Assembly (NCBI GenBank): GCA_949287685.1
Contig: CASEHF010000001.1
Span: forward strand, 880-64,879
Length of the DNA: 64,000 bases
Reading direction: 5' to 3'
Origin: an uncultured Christensenella sp.
GTDB taxonomy: Bacteria > Bacillota > Clostridia > Christensenellales > UBA1242
Shown piece after piece: positions 1-8,797 of this stretch. The notes beneath the pieces were generated by a model, which had not been told where the DNA came from, made no database searches, and saw only the letters and a list, made by a program, of their open reading frames with translations. A program made the position numbers and the translations under genes. Position 1 is the first letter of the stretch. Every line of letters begins with the position of its first letter.

Positions 1-2
1 CC

Positions 3-380
3 GATGCAAACCTAAATAGCAACATTATTGAACTAACAGGCTACATTTGTAAAGAGCCGATTTACCGTACGACTCCCTTTAAACGCGAGATTTGCGACTG
101 TTTAATCGCTGTAAACCGTGCCTATAACAAATCGGACTATTTGCCTTGTATAGCGTGGGGGCGGAATGCCAGATTTGTTAGCGGACTAAGTGTCGGGGAC
201 AAACTCTACCTAACAGGCAGGATTCAGAGCCGCGAGTACCAAAAGCGCTTGGAAAACGACACTCTAGAGACTCGCACCGCCTACGAGGTGTCCGTTTCAA
301 AGATTTCAGACCGCGACAATGTCGACTACATTTTAAATCCAGTAGACTTTCCCGAGGACCTCGCAAAAGCATCAAATTAA
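3..380 (+). CDS. single-stranded DNA-binding (OB-fold, SSB-like) protein, 5' end cut by window edge
   Basis: The frame is open from base 3. The translation DANLNSNIIELTGYICKEPIYRTTPF..CLIAVNRAY..CIAWGRNARFVSGLSVGDKLYLTGRIQSREYQ follows the bacterial SSB pattern (LAVNR ... W...A ... G....L.GR.Q.R.Y). Track ORF 141..380 is only the part from an internal Met. Confidence 0.55.
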   Translation, partial: DANLNSNIIELTGYICKEPIYRTTPFKREICDCLIAVNRAYNKSDYLPCIAWGRNARFVSGLSVGDKLYLTGRIQSREYQKRLENDTLETRTAYEVSVSKISDRDNVDYILNPVDFPEDLAKASN

Positions 381-518
381 TTAAACTTTGTGGTAGTAGA
401 ATTTGTAAAACTTAAATCCAAAGCAGAGCGTTAATTGGGTATACAGGTGAGTGTATGATTTCAGTATAGTTGAGTTTGTAAATTAACTACTTAAAAAAGC
501 ATAAGTAATTGATTTTGA

Positions 519-559
519 ATTACACTTCAAAAGTACTTAACTTTTGAAGTGTAATTTTT
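519..559 (+). terminator. rho-independent terminator after the SSB-like gene
   Basis: Perfect 15-bp stem ATTACACTTCAAAAG / CTTTTGAAGTGTAAT with a 7-nt loop, followed by TTTTTA. Confidence 0.6.
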
Positions 560-562
560 AAT

Positions 563-750
563 ATCATCCTCATCCTCGACCCTGTAAGAGTAGTTAGTTG
601 TATGTTCCGTTATAATAAAAGCCTAGGCTGGTGCAAAACTATTCGTTTCTTACTATACTAAGTACTCTTGCGCCAGACTTCCTGCAAGCAGGAAGGCATC
701 CTGAGTGTCGACCCGCGTAAGCCTTCAGACGAAGGATCTATTCCTCTTAA
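563..750 (+). repeat. mosaic intergenic repeat cluster R1 (modules V + A + Y, somewhat degenerate)
   Basis: Contains CATCCT..CGACCC..GTTAGTTGT..TTCCGTTATAAT, then AGGCTGGTGCA..TGCGCCAGACTTCCTGCAAGCAGGAAGGCATCCTGAG, then ..CAGACGAAGGATCTATTCCTCTTAA. It is homologous to the clusters at 23.3, 29.3, 36 and 61 kb. Confidence 0.8.
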
Positions 751-843
751 AACAACTCCATACAAAAAAATCAGCCTATCCATACAAATTATCTAATATT
801 TTTACAAAAATATCACAAAATACGCAATATATTTTTATAAGTA

Positions 844-872
844 TTGACTAATAAACCCAAAAATGGTATAAT
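844..872 (+). promoter_or_regulatory. sigma-70-type promoter for the LRR protein gene
   Basis: TTGACT (844-849), a 17-nt spacer ending in TGG (extended -10), then TATAAT (867-872). It lies about 37 nt upstream of the ATG at 909. Confidence 0.5.
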
Positions 873-908
873 ATAACTATAAAAAAACGATAAATAGGAG
901 ATTGTATT

Positions 909-2747
909 ATGCCAGAAAATCAAAACACAGAGAACCGTAGACAGCGCACAACCCGCGCTATGGGTAATGCTGTCGTAGGTGGTAGCCGTGCTGTTGCCGA
1001 CCTTGCTACACTTGGCGGACATGTTAGGCGCTACAACATTGATAATAGCTTTACCGAGTTTGACAAAATTCCAGAATCGAGGAGGCGCTATGTCACTCGA
1101 ATTATGATGAACGCAAATTTAAAGAGTATCGGTCCCGACTTTGCAAATGGTGCAACGCACTTGCGCGAGGTGAGATTTACTCCCGACCCAGACAGAGACA
1201 GACTAAACCCTGATGACCCAATCGGTGAAAAGGAAGTATCTCTAATTACAGTTATCCCGACCAACGCGTTTAGTGGATGTATACACCTAAATGTAGTCGA
1301 CTGGGAGAGTCTTGTGAGCCTAGCGCGAATCGAGGCAGGTGCTTTTTCGAATACTGCTATTCGTGAGGTAGCGCTTCTACCTAATTTGACATACATCGGC
1401 GAGGGTGCGTTTAATGAATGCTCGAAACTTCGCCATGTGTACCTTTCGGATGATGTAAAATACATCGGGCCGAACGCTTTTGCAGGCTGTACCAGACTTG
1501 TAAATAATGACAAGGCAATTTTTGGTGGCCGTGGCGTGTTTGAGTTGCCAAAAAATCTTGAGTTTTTGGGTGAGGGTGCGTTCGCTGGTTGTAAACGCAT
1601 AAAGAAGGTTAAATTCCCCGAGTCTATTCGCGAAGTTTCAGGTAATCCATTCCTAAACGCATCCTGCTACAAGGAAAATGATAAGTTAAAACTTACTGCT
1701 CGCTGGAGATTATGGCGTACTCAAATTGAAATTCCGGGAATCGAGAGACACCCAATTCGTGCAAAGGAACTTAAAAAGATTGAGACAAGTCTCGATGGCT
1801 TGCGCCATGTTCAATTAAATGAGGAGCACTATATCGAGACCGAACCTGGGAAGTTTACTCAAGTGTCTGCCGAAAATTATGAAAAATGGCTCAAATCACG
1901 CAATGACCAACTTCAAGCATTCCAGGTTACTCCCGAGGCGTTCCGCGAGTACTGTATGGCTACTTGGGGTAAAGAGATTGATATCGAGAATATTCCTCAG
2001 TGGAAACTCGATGCTTGGCTAAACGGTGTTGCACTCGATGATGAAATTAGCATTACTTTTGGCGTGGGCGACAGCGTGACCATTTCTCCCGAGAAATTAA
2101 AGAAAGCAATCTACGAAATGCAGAAAAATAGGGAAAGCGTAAAAGAGGAGCCAAATCCAAAACCTACCGAAGCCGAAGAGGAAAGGGTTAGCGAAAGTAC
2201 TGGTCCAGCTCCCGAGGCAATTGTTGAGGAACCTACCGTACCAACTCCTGAAACTCCCGAAGTAGTTATTGAGGATACTGGGACCCCGACTGTTTCAACC
2301 CCAGAGGATGACTTTGACTACGAAAAGTATAGACAAGAGTGCGCAAGCCAAAATGTGCCTGATGCTGTACTAAGGCAAATGGTAGAGGAAAATGTAGATA
2401 TTACGAAGAGTGAAGCAATTGAAAAATTCTTTACAGATGAGAAAAATCAAGAATTTATTCAAAATGCTTATAACGAAATGATTGCACCATATGCTGAAGC
2501 GCAGGGCGATACGATTACACCCGAGGCGGAAGTTGAGGCTGAGCAAGGTAATCCTATAACATTAGAGGCATCAAAATTGAGAAAATTTATATTAGAGAAA
2601 AAATTGTCTCCCGAATATATTAAAGAAAAATACCAAGAGGGCGTTAATGTTTATAATTTAGAGGAGTTACAAGCCGCTGTGGCGGCAGATGAAGCCGCAA
2701 TGGCAGCACAAGCAAACACAGCGACAGAACGAGAGAGAGGAATGTAA
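909..2747 (+). CDS. BspA-type leucine-rich-repeat (LRR_5-like) protein with an acidic/Pro-rich C-terminal half; no signal peptide seen
   Basis: AGGAGA RBS precedes the start. Repeated units such as IEAGAFSNTAIREVALLPNLTYIGEGAFNECSKLRHVYLSDDVKYIGPNAFAGCTRL are typical of BspA-like LRRs. The C-terminal half is rich in E, P and T. Confidence 0.75.
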   Translation: MPENQNTENRRQRTTRAMGNAVVGGSRAVADLATLGGHVRRYNIDNSFTEFDKIPESRRRYVTRIMMNANLKSIGPDFANGATHLREVRFTPDPDRDRLNPDDPIGEKEVSLITVIPTNAFSGCIHLNVVDWESLVSLARIEAGAFSNTAIREVALLPNLTYIGEGAFNECSKLRHVYLSDDVKYIGPNAFAGCTRLVNNDKAIFGGRGVFELPKNLEFLGEGAFAGCKRIKKVKFPESIREVSGNPFLNASCYKENDKLKLTARWRLWRTQIEIPGIERHPIRAKELKKIETSLDGLRHVQLNEEHYIETEPGKFTQVSAENYEKWLKSRNDQLQAFQVTPEAFREYCMATWGKEIDIENIPQWKLDAWLNGVALDDEISITFGVGDSVTISPEKLKKAIYEMQKNRESVKEEPNPKPTEAEEERVSESTGPAPEAIVEEPTVPTPETPEVVIEDTGTPTVSTPEDDFDYEKYRQECASQNVPDAVLRQMVEENVDITKSEAIEKFFTDEKNQEFIQNAYNEMIAPYAEAQGDTITPEAEVEAEQGNPITLEASKLRKFILEKKLSPEYIKEKYQEGVNVYNLEELQAAVAADEAAMAAQANTATERERGM

Positions 2748-2832
2748 ATATAACCCCCAAATTTAGATTAACACATCTTTTAAATCAACAAACAAAGCGC
2801 TTGGTTCTTTAAGAGCTAGCGGACAAATAAAA

Positions 2833-2862
2833 AACCTAAACTAATCATAGTTTAGGTTTTTT
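2833..2862 (+). terminator. rho-independent terminator
   Basis: Stem AACCTAAACT / AGTTTAGGTT, loop AATCAT, followed by a T-run. Confidence 0.6.
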
Positions 2863-3034
2863 ACTTATAAACTTCCAGTTGTATTAGGTTTTATTTGTAA
2901 TGTTTAAAAATCAGTCTCATTCCTTAATTAAAAACAAGAAATTGTTTTAAATTAAAAATAAAAAAATTTCATAGTTATTATTTGACTAAAATAAATTAAT
3001 ATAGTATCATAAAATAAAACTTAAGGAGGAATTT

Positions 3035-3535
3035 ATGGGTTTTTTAGGTTGGTTGTTCAGTGTTCCTAGTAGGCATTATAGGGATATGCGTAGATATGAA
3101 AAAGGTGGCATTGGCGCTAGGGTTTTTTCAATTATCATTTCAATGCTTTTTATCGGTGCTGCATTAGGGCTTGAATATTGGTTTTTCTCATCGCTTATGA
3201 CAGGCGGTTCACTTGGTGGAGGAATTGCAAAAGTTGTTGCACTAATTTTTATAGGTATTTTCTTTGTAGCGACATTTATTGCAGCACTCGAATTTTGCGG
3301 AGTCTATGCTTTTACCGCTTTTGCAATGGCAACGCTAGGATTAGTTTATTCTGCGCAAAAGAAAAAAGCGATTTTAGAGAAAAACCAAAAGAAAATCGAG
3401 AATTTAGAGGCGGAACTTGAAACAACTCCAAGCCTAAAATATAAAAAACTGGACATATTTGTTGGAATTTTTCAAATACTATTGGCGTTAGGGCTTTTTG
3501 CTGGCGTTATTGCTGTTGCAGTTTTGACAATTTAG
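3035..3535 (+). CDS. small integral membrane protein (about 4 TM segments and a central coiled-coil-like linker)
   Basis: AAGGAGG RBS. Several long hydrophobic stretches flank a KKKAILEKNQKKIENLEAELE segment. No family recognised. Confidence 0.65.
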   Translation: MGFLGWLFSVPSRHYRDMRRYEKGGIGARVFSIIISMLFIGAALGLEYWFFSSLMTGGSLGGGIAKVVALIFIGIFFVATFIAALEFCGVYAFTAFAMATLGLVYSAQKKKAILEKNQKKIENLEAELETTPSLKYKKLDIFVGIFQILLALGLFAGVIAVAVLTI

Positions 3536-3649
3536 AAAATTTGTTCAATTTGCTTGTGATATTATTTATTTAATGCTATACTAATATAGTTATATGTTTC
3601 CATTTTTCACAAACAACTTTTTATACGCGTATAACGGAAAGGAGGATTT

Positions 3650-5014
3650 ATGAAAAAGAAAATTTTAAGTTTTTGTCTTGCTTTTGCACTAATTGTTCCT
3701 GCTGCATTTTTATTAAGCGCTTGCGGTGATAAAAAAGTTCAATCAATAACAGTCGACGACCTTTTTATTAGTAATTTTGCGGAATTCGAATATGGGACCA
3801 ATATTGAGGATATCTATTCTCTTGACAATATGAAGGTGACTGCAACCTATAATGATAATTCTACAAAAGTTTTAAATTCTAATGAATACACCATTAAGTT
3901 TAGCAAAAATTCAAGTTCCATAGAGGAAATCAAAAGTATTCCAGATGTTGGTTATTATGAAATCTATGTTTCTTATGAGGGATTTGGACAAGGTGGTTCC
4001 TTTAGCATAATCCCCAGTGAGACTCCATACTACACAATAGCTTTATCTCATATGTCTTGGACTTATGGAGAGGATAATAATTTCCCAACTGTAACTTTAG
4101 AAAATTATCAGTTACAGGAGGGGGATAGCGTTTCATACTATTATATTGAAAAATCCAAATATGATGCTTTGAATGAGGGAGCAAGTATTTTTTCAGAAGC
4201 ATATAATTGGGAATATGTTGTAGAAAAACAAACTATTCTTGATGCAGGACAATATTATGTGTTTGCATATATCACTTTTGCGAATGAATCTAACTATACA
4301 GGGCTTACGGTTATAGATAATAATACACTTATTACAGTTAACAAAAAGAATGTTGTGGTTACACCCGATGATGCGATTGGAGTTAGTGCATTGAAATTTG
4401 ATTATAACAATTCTTATAACATTCCACATGGACAATCTGATGGTGGTTATCTTATTGGAGACCTCGCTTTAAAACATGTTACATTAGATGGTACTTCTGC
4501 AACTATTTCTGGCGTTGAAGGATATTTTGATTGGAAAAATCCTAATCAAACCTTAAACTCTACTAACAATGGTGACTCTTATCCAATTATATTTATTCCG
4601 AATTCAAGTCAAAATTATAATGTAATCTATAACGAAGGTGAAATAACCTTGCCAGTTTCCATTGAAAAAGGAGTAATTGATAATAAAAGCACTTTGGACA
4701 TATACTTTGTGAATTCTGAAGGACAGGCTAAAACAATAACATATGATGGAAAAGCACACAGCCTTTTACTAGACAACTTTGAAATATTCAATGCTGGCGG
4801 TATTTTGAAAAATACTGTAACATTTACACAAAATGGAGAAAGTGTTGTTGTTCGCGAAGAAACTTCGGAATATGGATTAGTTGATTATTATGTTGATGGA
4901 CTCAAAGAAGTGGGGACTTATACATTCATTGTCTCTATACTTGATAAAATAAATTATTGTTGGTCTGATGGATCGGTAGATGATGTGATATTTACAGTGG
5001 AAATAGTACAATGA
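3650..5014 (+). CDS. putative lipoprotein with repeated Ig-like/MBG-like modules
   Basis: AAGGAGG RBS. Signal peptide with lipobox (FLLSAC-GDKK). Internal segments such as ITVNKKNVVVTPDD and KTITYDGKAHS resemble MBG/Ig-like repeat motifs. The domain call is from memory. Confidence 0.7.
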   Translation: MKKKILSFCLAFALIVPAAFLLSACGDKKVQSITVDDLFISNFAEFEYGTNIEDIYSLDNMKVTATYNDNSTKVLNSNEYTIKFSKNSSSIEEIKSIPDVGYYEIYVSYEGFGQGGSFSIIPSETPYYTIALSHMSWTYGEDNNFPTVTLENYQLQEGDSVSYYYIEKSKYDALNEGASIFSEAYNWEYVVEKQTILDAGQYYVFAYITFANESNYTGLTVIDNNTLITVNKKNVVVTPDDAIGVSALKFDYNNSYNIPHGQSDGGYLIGDLALKHVTLDGTSATISGVEGYFDWKNPNQTLNSTNNGDSYPIIFIPNSSQNYNVIYNEGEITLPVSIEKGVIDNKSTLDIYFVNSEGQAKTITYDGKAHSLLLDNFEIFNAGGILKNTVTFTQNGESVVVREETSEYGLVDYYVDGLKEVGTYTFIVSILDKINYCWSDGSVDDVIFTVEIVQ

Positions 5015-5119
5015 TAAAATAATAAAAATTAAAGGAAATCTCTTTAATGATGGGGCACTCTCAAATTAAAGGGATTTTTTATTATCGTATTTTACTTACG
5101 ACCATCACTAAATAACATA

Positions 5120-5159
5120 AAAAGGGTATAAGTTAGTTTAATCTAAAATATACCCTTTT
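5120..5159. terminator. bidirectional terminator between convergent genes
   Basis: Stem AAAAGGGTATA / TATACCCTTTT with T-runs on both strands. It lies between the stops at 5014 (+) and 5228 (-). Confidence 0.55.
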
Positions 5160-5227
5160 ATTATTTAAAAACCGAAATAAACGGTTTTGTGTCGTATCGA
5201 TGCGTGTGGTCGTATTTTACTAGAATA

Positions 5228-6949
5228 TTATACCGTTTTGTTTTCGCGGCGTTTTTTATTGTTTAGACTAATTACAATCGCAATAATTATCGCCAAAATC
5301 AATGATAAAATCATCAAAACAATACCTATAATTTGTGTGATTGTTAGCGTACCATCGTTTACAAAACTTTGCGACACATATCCCTGTTTAATTTCGCCGT
5401 TTATTAGATATTGAATTTTGCATATTCCGTTAGTTGTCTCTAGCACGGTGATACTGAACCCTTTTTCTAGCGTGTCTTGCTCGGTGCTAAGCCCCTCATC
5501 GGCATATACGATAGTTTCGGCGCGGGTGCTAGCATTGCTCACAATCGTGTTATCAATAGCAGTGTCGAATTCCACACCTACAGCAGTACGGCTGTCTATA
5601 TAGTATACATTGCCCTCAAATTTCACCGCTATAAAGTTAGTCCCAGAGCAATCACTAGGGAAAGTAGGCGCCTCCACAGTGTCTAGAGTTGTGCCATAAT
5701 CCACGCGTGCGCCAAATGGAGCGAATGCGGTTTCATCTTTCTTTACACTGAATGGGAGGTTGTATAATTTTGTTTGTTTCACGACCACGCGCACTTGTTG
5801 ACTCGAAATTGCGATAGATTGAATAGCAGAGTCGCTTTTTAGAATGTAGCCCAGTTTGTATGTGCCACTAAGATTGCTATCTAGCACATAGTAGAAGTGT
5901 TCGCTACTATTCTGGAGTAGTATTACGCTTTTTGAGTCGGAATAGGTGATGCTCGGCGAATTGAGACTTTGGTATTCGTAAAGTTTGGTGCCAGCATCCA
6001 CCCTCAAGACATCAACGACCTCTGATTTTTGTGTATAATTATACAAATCAATCGGCGCCTCAATCTCGCTATATGTGGTGATAAAATTCCCGAGTTCGCT
6101 TGTGATAGCGAATTTTTCAATCGTGTTTTGCTGTGCTAGGTAGCACGCCCCAGTTGTGTAGTCTAGCGTAAATTTCGAGTATCCTATACCAACTTCAACA
6201 GACTCGACAATTTCACTAATCTTATATAGAGTACTCCCGCTATAGCAGTAGACAATTTCCAAACTGTCCACACATATATCTAAAATATTTTGCGTTATTT
6301 CGGTTGAAATTTGTGTGATTTCATATGTTTTTAAGTTAATTTTATATAAATTTTCATCAATATTGAAATATCCAAAGGTTCCAAACTCGTTTACAGCAAA
6401 ATTTCCCACAGTAAATTCTAGCGGCATTTCCTCAAAAATCAACTCACAAACTTGATTTAGAATTAAGTCATTTGTGGTTTCATCATGGGTAACTTTTGCT
6501 AGTGTATTTCCGCTAATCAAGTAAATTTCCCCTGTAGCGCTTGCGGCAATCGCTCTGTTTTGAGTAGGAAAGGGCTCCACTGTGTTTTCATTTTTGTATA
6601 TGCTTATTTCTCGTGCTTCGCTTAAATTATCCAAGTCCAAAATGTATAAATATAAATTTTCTTTTATAAATATTAATTTATTATCAGCGGCATCTAGTGC
6701 TGTGATAATGCCCGTTGGGCTAGTGTATAATAGGTCGCCCGTTGTATTAAAAATATCTGTGCCATCAGTAAAATATAAGTTATTTTCATATAGCACTAAA
6801 TCGTTTATGTTAGATACATCACTTATGTCTAAATCAAGCGTGGTTTTGTTTATATTATAGGAAGTCGCAAACACTGGCGAAATATATAATATAGCCAGCA
6901 GCATAAAAAGCAATGCTATTCCATTTAAGATTACTTTTGTTTTCCTCAT
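5228..6949 (-). CDS. type-I membrane/secreted protein with C-terminal SH3b-like modules and a C-terminal TM anchor
   Basis: The track ORF extends to 7000 on a TTG. I prefer the ATG at 6949 (MRKTKVILNGIALLFMLLAILYISPVFA, a signal peptide). The C-terminus has SH3b-like segments (..GFSITVLETTNGICKIQYLINGEIKQGYV..), then a TM segment and a basic tail (NNKKRRENKTV). Confidence 0.7.
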   Translation of the reverse strand: MRKTKVILNGIALLFMLLAILYISPVFATSYNINKTTLDLDISDVSNINDLVLYENNLYFTDGTDIFNTTGDLLYTSPTGIITALDAADNKLIFIKENLYLYILDLDNLSEAREISIYKNENTVEPFPTQNRAIAASATGEIYLISGNTLAKVTHDETTNDLILNQVCELIFEEMPLEFTVGNFAVNEFGTFGYFNIDENLYKINLKTYEITQISTEITQNILDICVDSLEIVYCYSGSTLYKISEIVESVEVGIGYSKFTLDYTTGACYLAQQNTIEKFAITSELGNFITTYSEIEAPIDLYNYTQKSEVVDVLRVDAGTKLYEYQSLNSPSITYSDSKSVILLQNSSEHFYYVLDSNLSGTYKLGYILKSDSAIQSIAISSQQVRVVVKQTKLYNLPFSVKKDETAFAPFGARVDYGTTLDTVEAPTFPSDCSGTNFIAVKFEGNVYYIDSRTAVGVEFDTAIDNTIVSNASTRAETIVYADEGLSTEQDTLEKGFSITVLETTNGICKIQYLINGEIKQGYVSQSFVNDGTLTITQIIGIVLMILSLILAIIIAIVISLNNKKRRENKTV

Positions 6950-7159
6950 TTTCTTTATCCTTTTTAATATTATACCACAAATACCAATTAAAAAAAACAA
7001 AATAAATAAAAAAAGTTTAACATTTTTATAAATTTGTATGTTAGGTGTCAGTATTTTATATTTATAATACGAACATATGTTCTAAAACATTAAGAACACA
7101 ACATTTTTAAAAACAATAGAAAAAATTTGCAAAAATTTCGAAAAGTGTGGCGCGGGATA

Positions 7160-7189
7160 TTGACAAATGGTTTTTCTATAGGTTATGAT
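7160..7189 (+). promoter_or_regulatory. possible promoter of the sigma-like regulator gene
   Basis: TTGACA (7160-7165), an 18-nt spacer, then TATGAT (7184-7189). Confidence 0.3.
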
Positions 7190-7252
7190 TGAAGTCGAAA
7201 ATACGCATTTTGTGTAATTTTACAAATTTTTTATAAAAAAAGGAGAAAAAAT

Positions 7253-7804
7253 ATGAAGAGTTTTATTTGGGCAAAAACGCTTTTTGAGGCGTATAAATAT
7301 CTAGGTAGGGTGATAAAGAGCATTGATAGATTAGTCCTATCGAGTGGTGTGCATAGTTATTCTTTACACCAATATGGTGAAAATACATTAGGAAAAATGG
7401 AGGCGATTATCGACCTTATTCAACGAAAAAAGCGGCTAGTGTTTATCAAGTTGATTATCGAGGAAGGAGTTAAAAACTTAGACTCCGAGGATGGAAAACT
7501 TTTAATTAGATATTATTTCGATAACATACCTACGGCACGCATAGCCGAGGAGTTAAATAGACCTAGGCGTACAATTCAGAGAAATATAAATGATGCGTTA
7601 GAAAACTTTATGCTAAAACTTCTAGAGCTCGGTTATAACACCGCTACAATAGAACAACTTTTAGAAAATGAAAGTTGGATACTCGGTGTATATAATAGTT
7701 ATGTTGCGAAATATCAAAACAAGGATAAAACGCTCGCTCCACTAACAATTCCAAAACTAAACCGAAATGACAAATTGATAAATTCCGTATATTGTGGTTT
7801 TTAA
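7253..7804 (+). CDS. sigma-70 region-4-like HTH protein (putative phage late-gene activator)
   Basis: AGGAGA RBS. The segment LLIRYYFDNIPTARIAEELNRPRRTIQRNINDALENF looks like a sigma region 4 / ArpU-RinA-type HTH. The gene sits just upstream of the terminase gene. Confidence 0.6.
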   Translation: MKSFIWAKTLFEAYKYLGRVIKSIDRLVLSSGVHSYSLHQYGENTLGKMEAIIDLIQRKKRLVFIKLIIEEGVKNLDSEDGKLLIRYYFDNIPTARIAEELNRPRRTIQRNINDALENFMLKLLELGYNTATIEQLLENESWILGVYNSYVAKYQNKDKTLAPLTIPKLNRNDKLINSVYCGF

Positions 7805-7861
7805 AAAATGCGAAAATGACTGCATAGTACCTAAAAAACGATAAAAATTTGCGATTTTTTA

Positions 7862-8677
7862 TTAAAAATCAAAGTTTTTATCATCTTTGCTTTCTGGGAG
7901 TGAGAGTCTGTTGAGATTCGCAATTTGCCTTGCTGCTACTTTTTTGTGCTTTCGTTTACTTGGCCTAAACACTAATAGCAGTAAAATTATAGCAGGTATT
8001 GTGAGTCCTAAAATGAGTAGCCAGTTGCTTCCGTTTTGCAATTCAGGTGCTATTACGGTACCACCATTTACTGCTTCGCTAGGTTCTGTTTCCACGATTT
8101 CAGTGTTGGGCAAAATTTCAGTTAAGTTGGTTGTCAGTGGCGCATAGACATAGCCGGTTAGTATCCCTTGCTCAAAACTTTTGTACCTGCAAAAATACCA
8201 AACATCCGTTAGTTCTGGGTTGACAAATTCACCCTTAACTTGCCCGAAGTATTCTATATCGGTTGCGTTAAACGGAATAGTCCCGATGTATTCGCTCGTA
8301 GTGTTTGGCTCACTGCGAATGACTAGATTCGCGACACCCTGCACACCGAAGGTTATGTTCTCGAGATATGGTGTTACTGGTGTCGAGTACACTCTCTCCA
8401 CATTATCGCGCAGTACATAACCGCTAAATTCGCGATAGGTGACATTTAAAAAAATTTCATCATACTCGCTATTGAATATTACAAAATACGAGGTCGGTAG
8501 CACAAAGTAAACATTGCTCGCTTCCTCTGAGTTTACTGGGGTGCGATATAGTATTGTATTCTCACTTGTGACACGATAATATGTGACTTCATCGGCTTTT
8601 GTAATAGGTAAATTACAAAAATCGGTCAAACAGAAAATGCATAAAAATGCAGTTAAAATGTATAAATATGCGCGCAT
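7862..8677 (-). CDS. type-I membrane protein with two SH3b-like domains
   Basis: AGGAGTG RBS and a signal peptide (MRAYLYILTAFLCIFCLTDFC). Two SH3b-like segments are present (..YYRVTSENTILYRTP.. and ..ANLVIRSEPNTTSEYIGTI..GYVYAPL), followed by a TM segment and a basic tail (RPSKRKHKK). Confidence 0.7.
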   Translation of the reverse strand: MRAYLYILTAFLCIFCLTDFCNLPITKADEVTYYRVTSENTILYRTPVNSEEASNVYFVLPTSYFVIFNSEYDEIFLNVTYREFSGYVLRDNVERVYSTPVTPYLENITFGVQGVANLVIRSEPNTTSEYIGTIPFNATDIEYFGQVKGEFVNPELTDVWYFCRYKSFEQGILTGYVYAPLTTNLTEILPNTEIVETEPSEAVNGGTVIAPELQNGSNWLLILGLTIPAIILLLLVFRPSKRKHKKVAARQIANLNRLSLPESKDDKNFDF

Positions 8678-8797
8678 AATTCACTCCTAATATATTTTAC
8701 CAAACAATGATTGTATTTCCATTTGCAATTATTGTTTTTTTTGCGAATTTTAAACCTAATGTTGGCATATTTTAGAAAATTTAGTTGATTTGGTGGT

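Noticed and set aside
1088-1600. A 170-aa minus-strand ORF inside the LRR protein gene. Similar antisense ORFs lie in the portal, capsid and dac genes (11116..11646-, 12183..12533-, 32100..32567-).
   Set aside because: They are antisense to longer, better-supported genes. They have no RBS and a low-complexity, Arg/Ser-rich composition.
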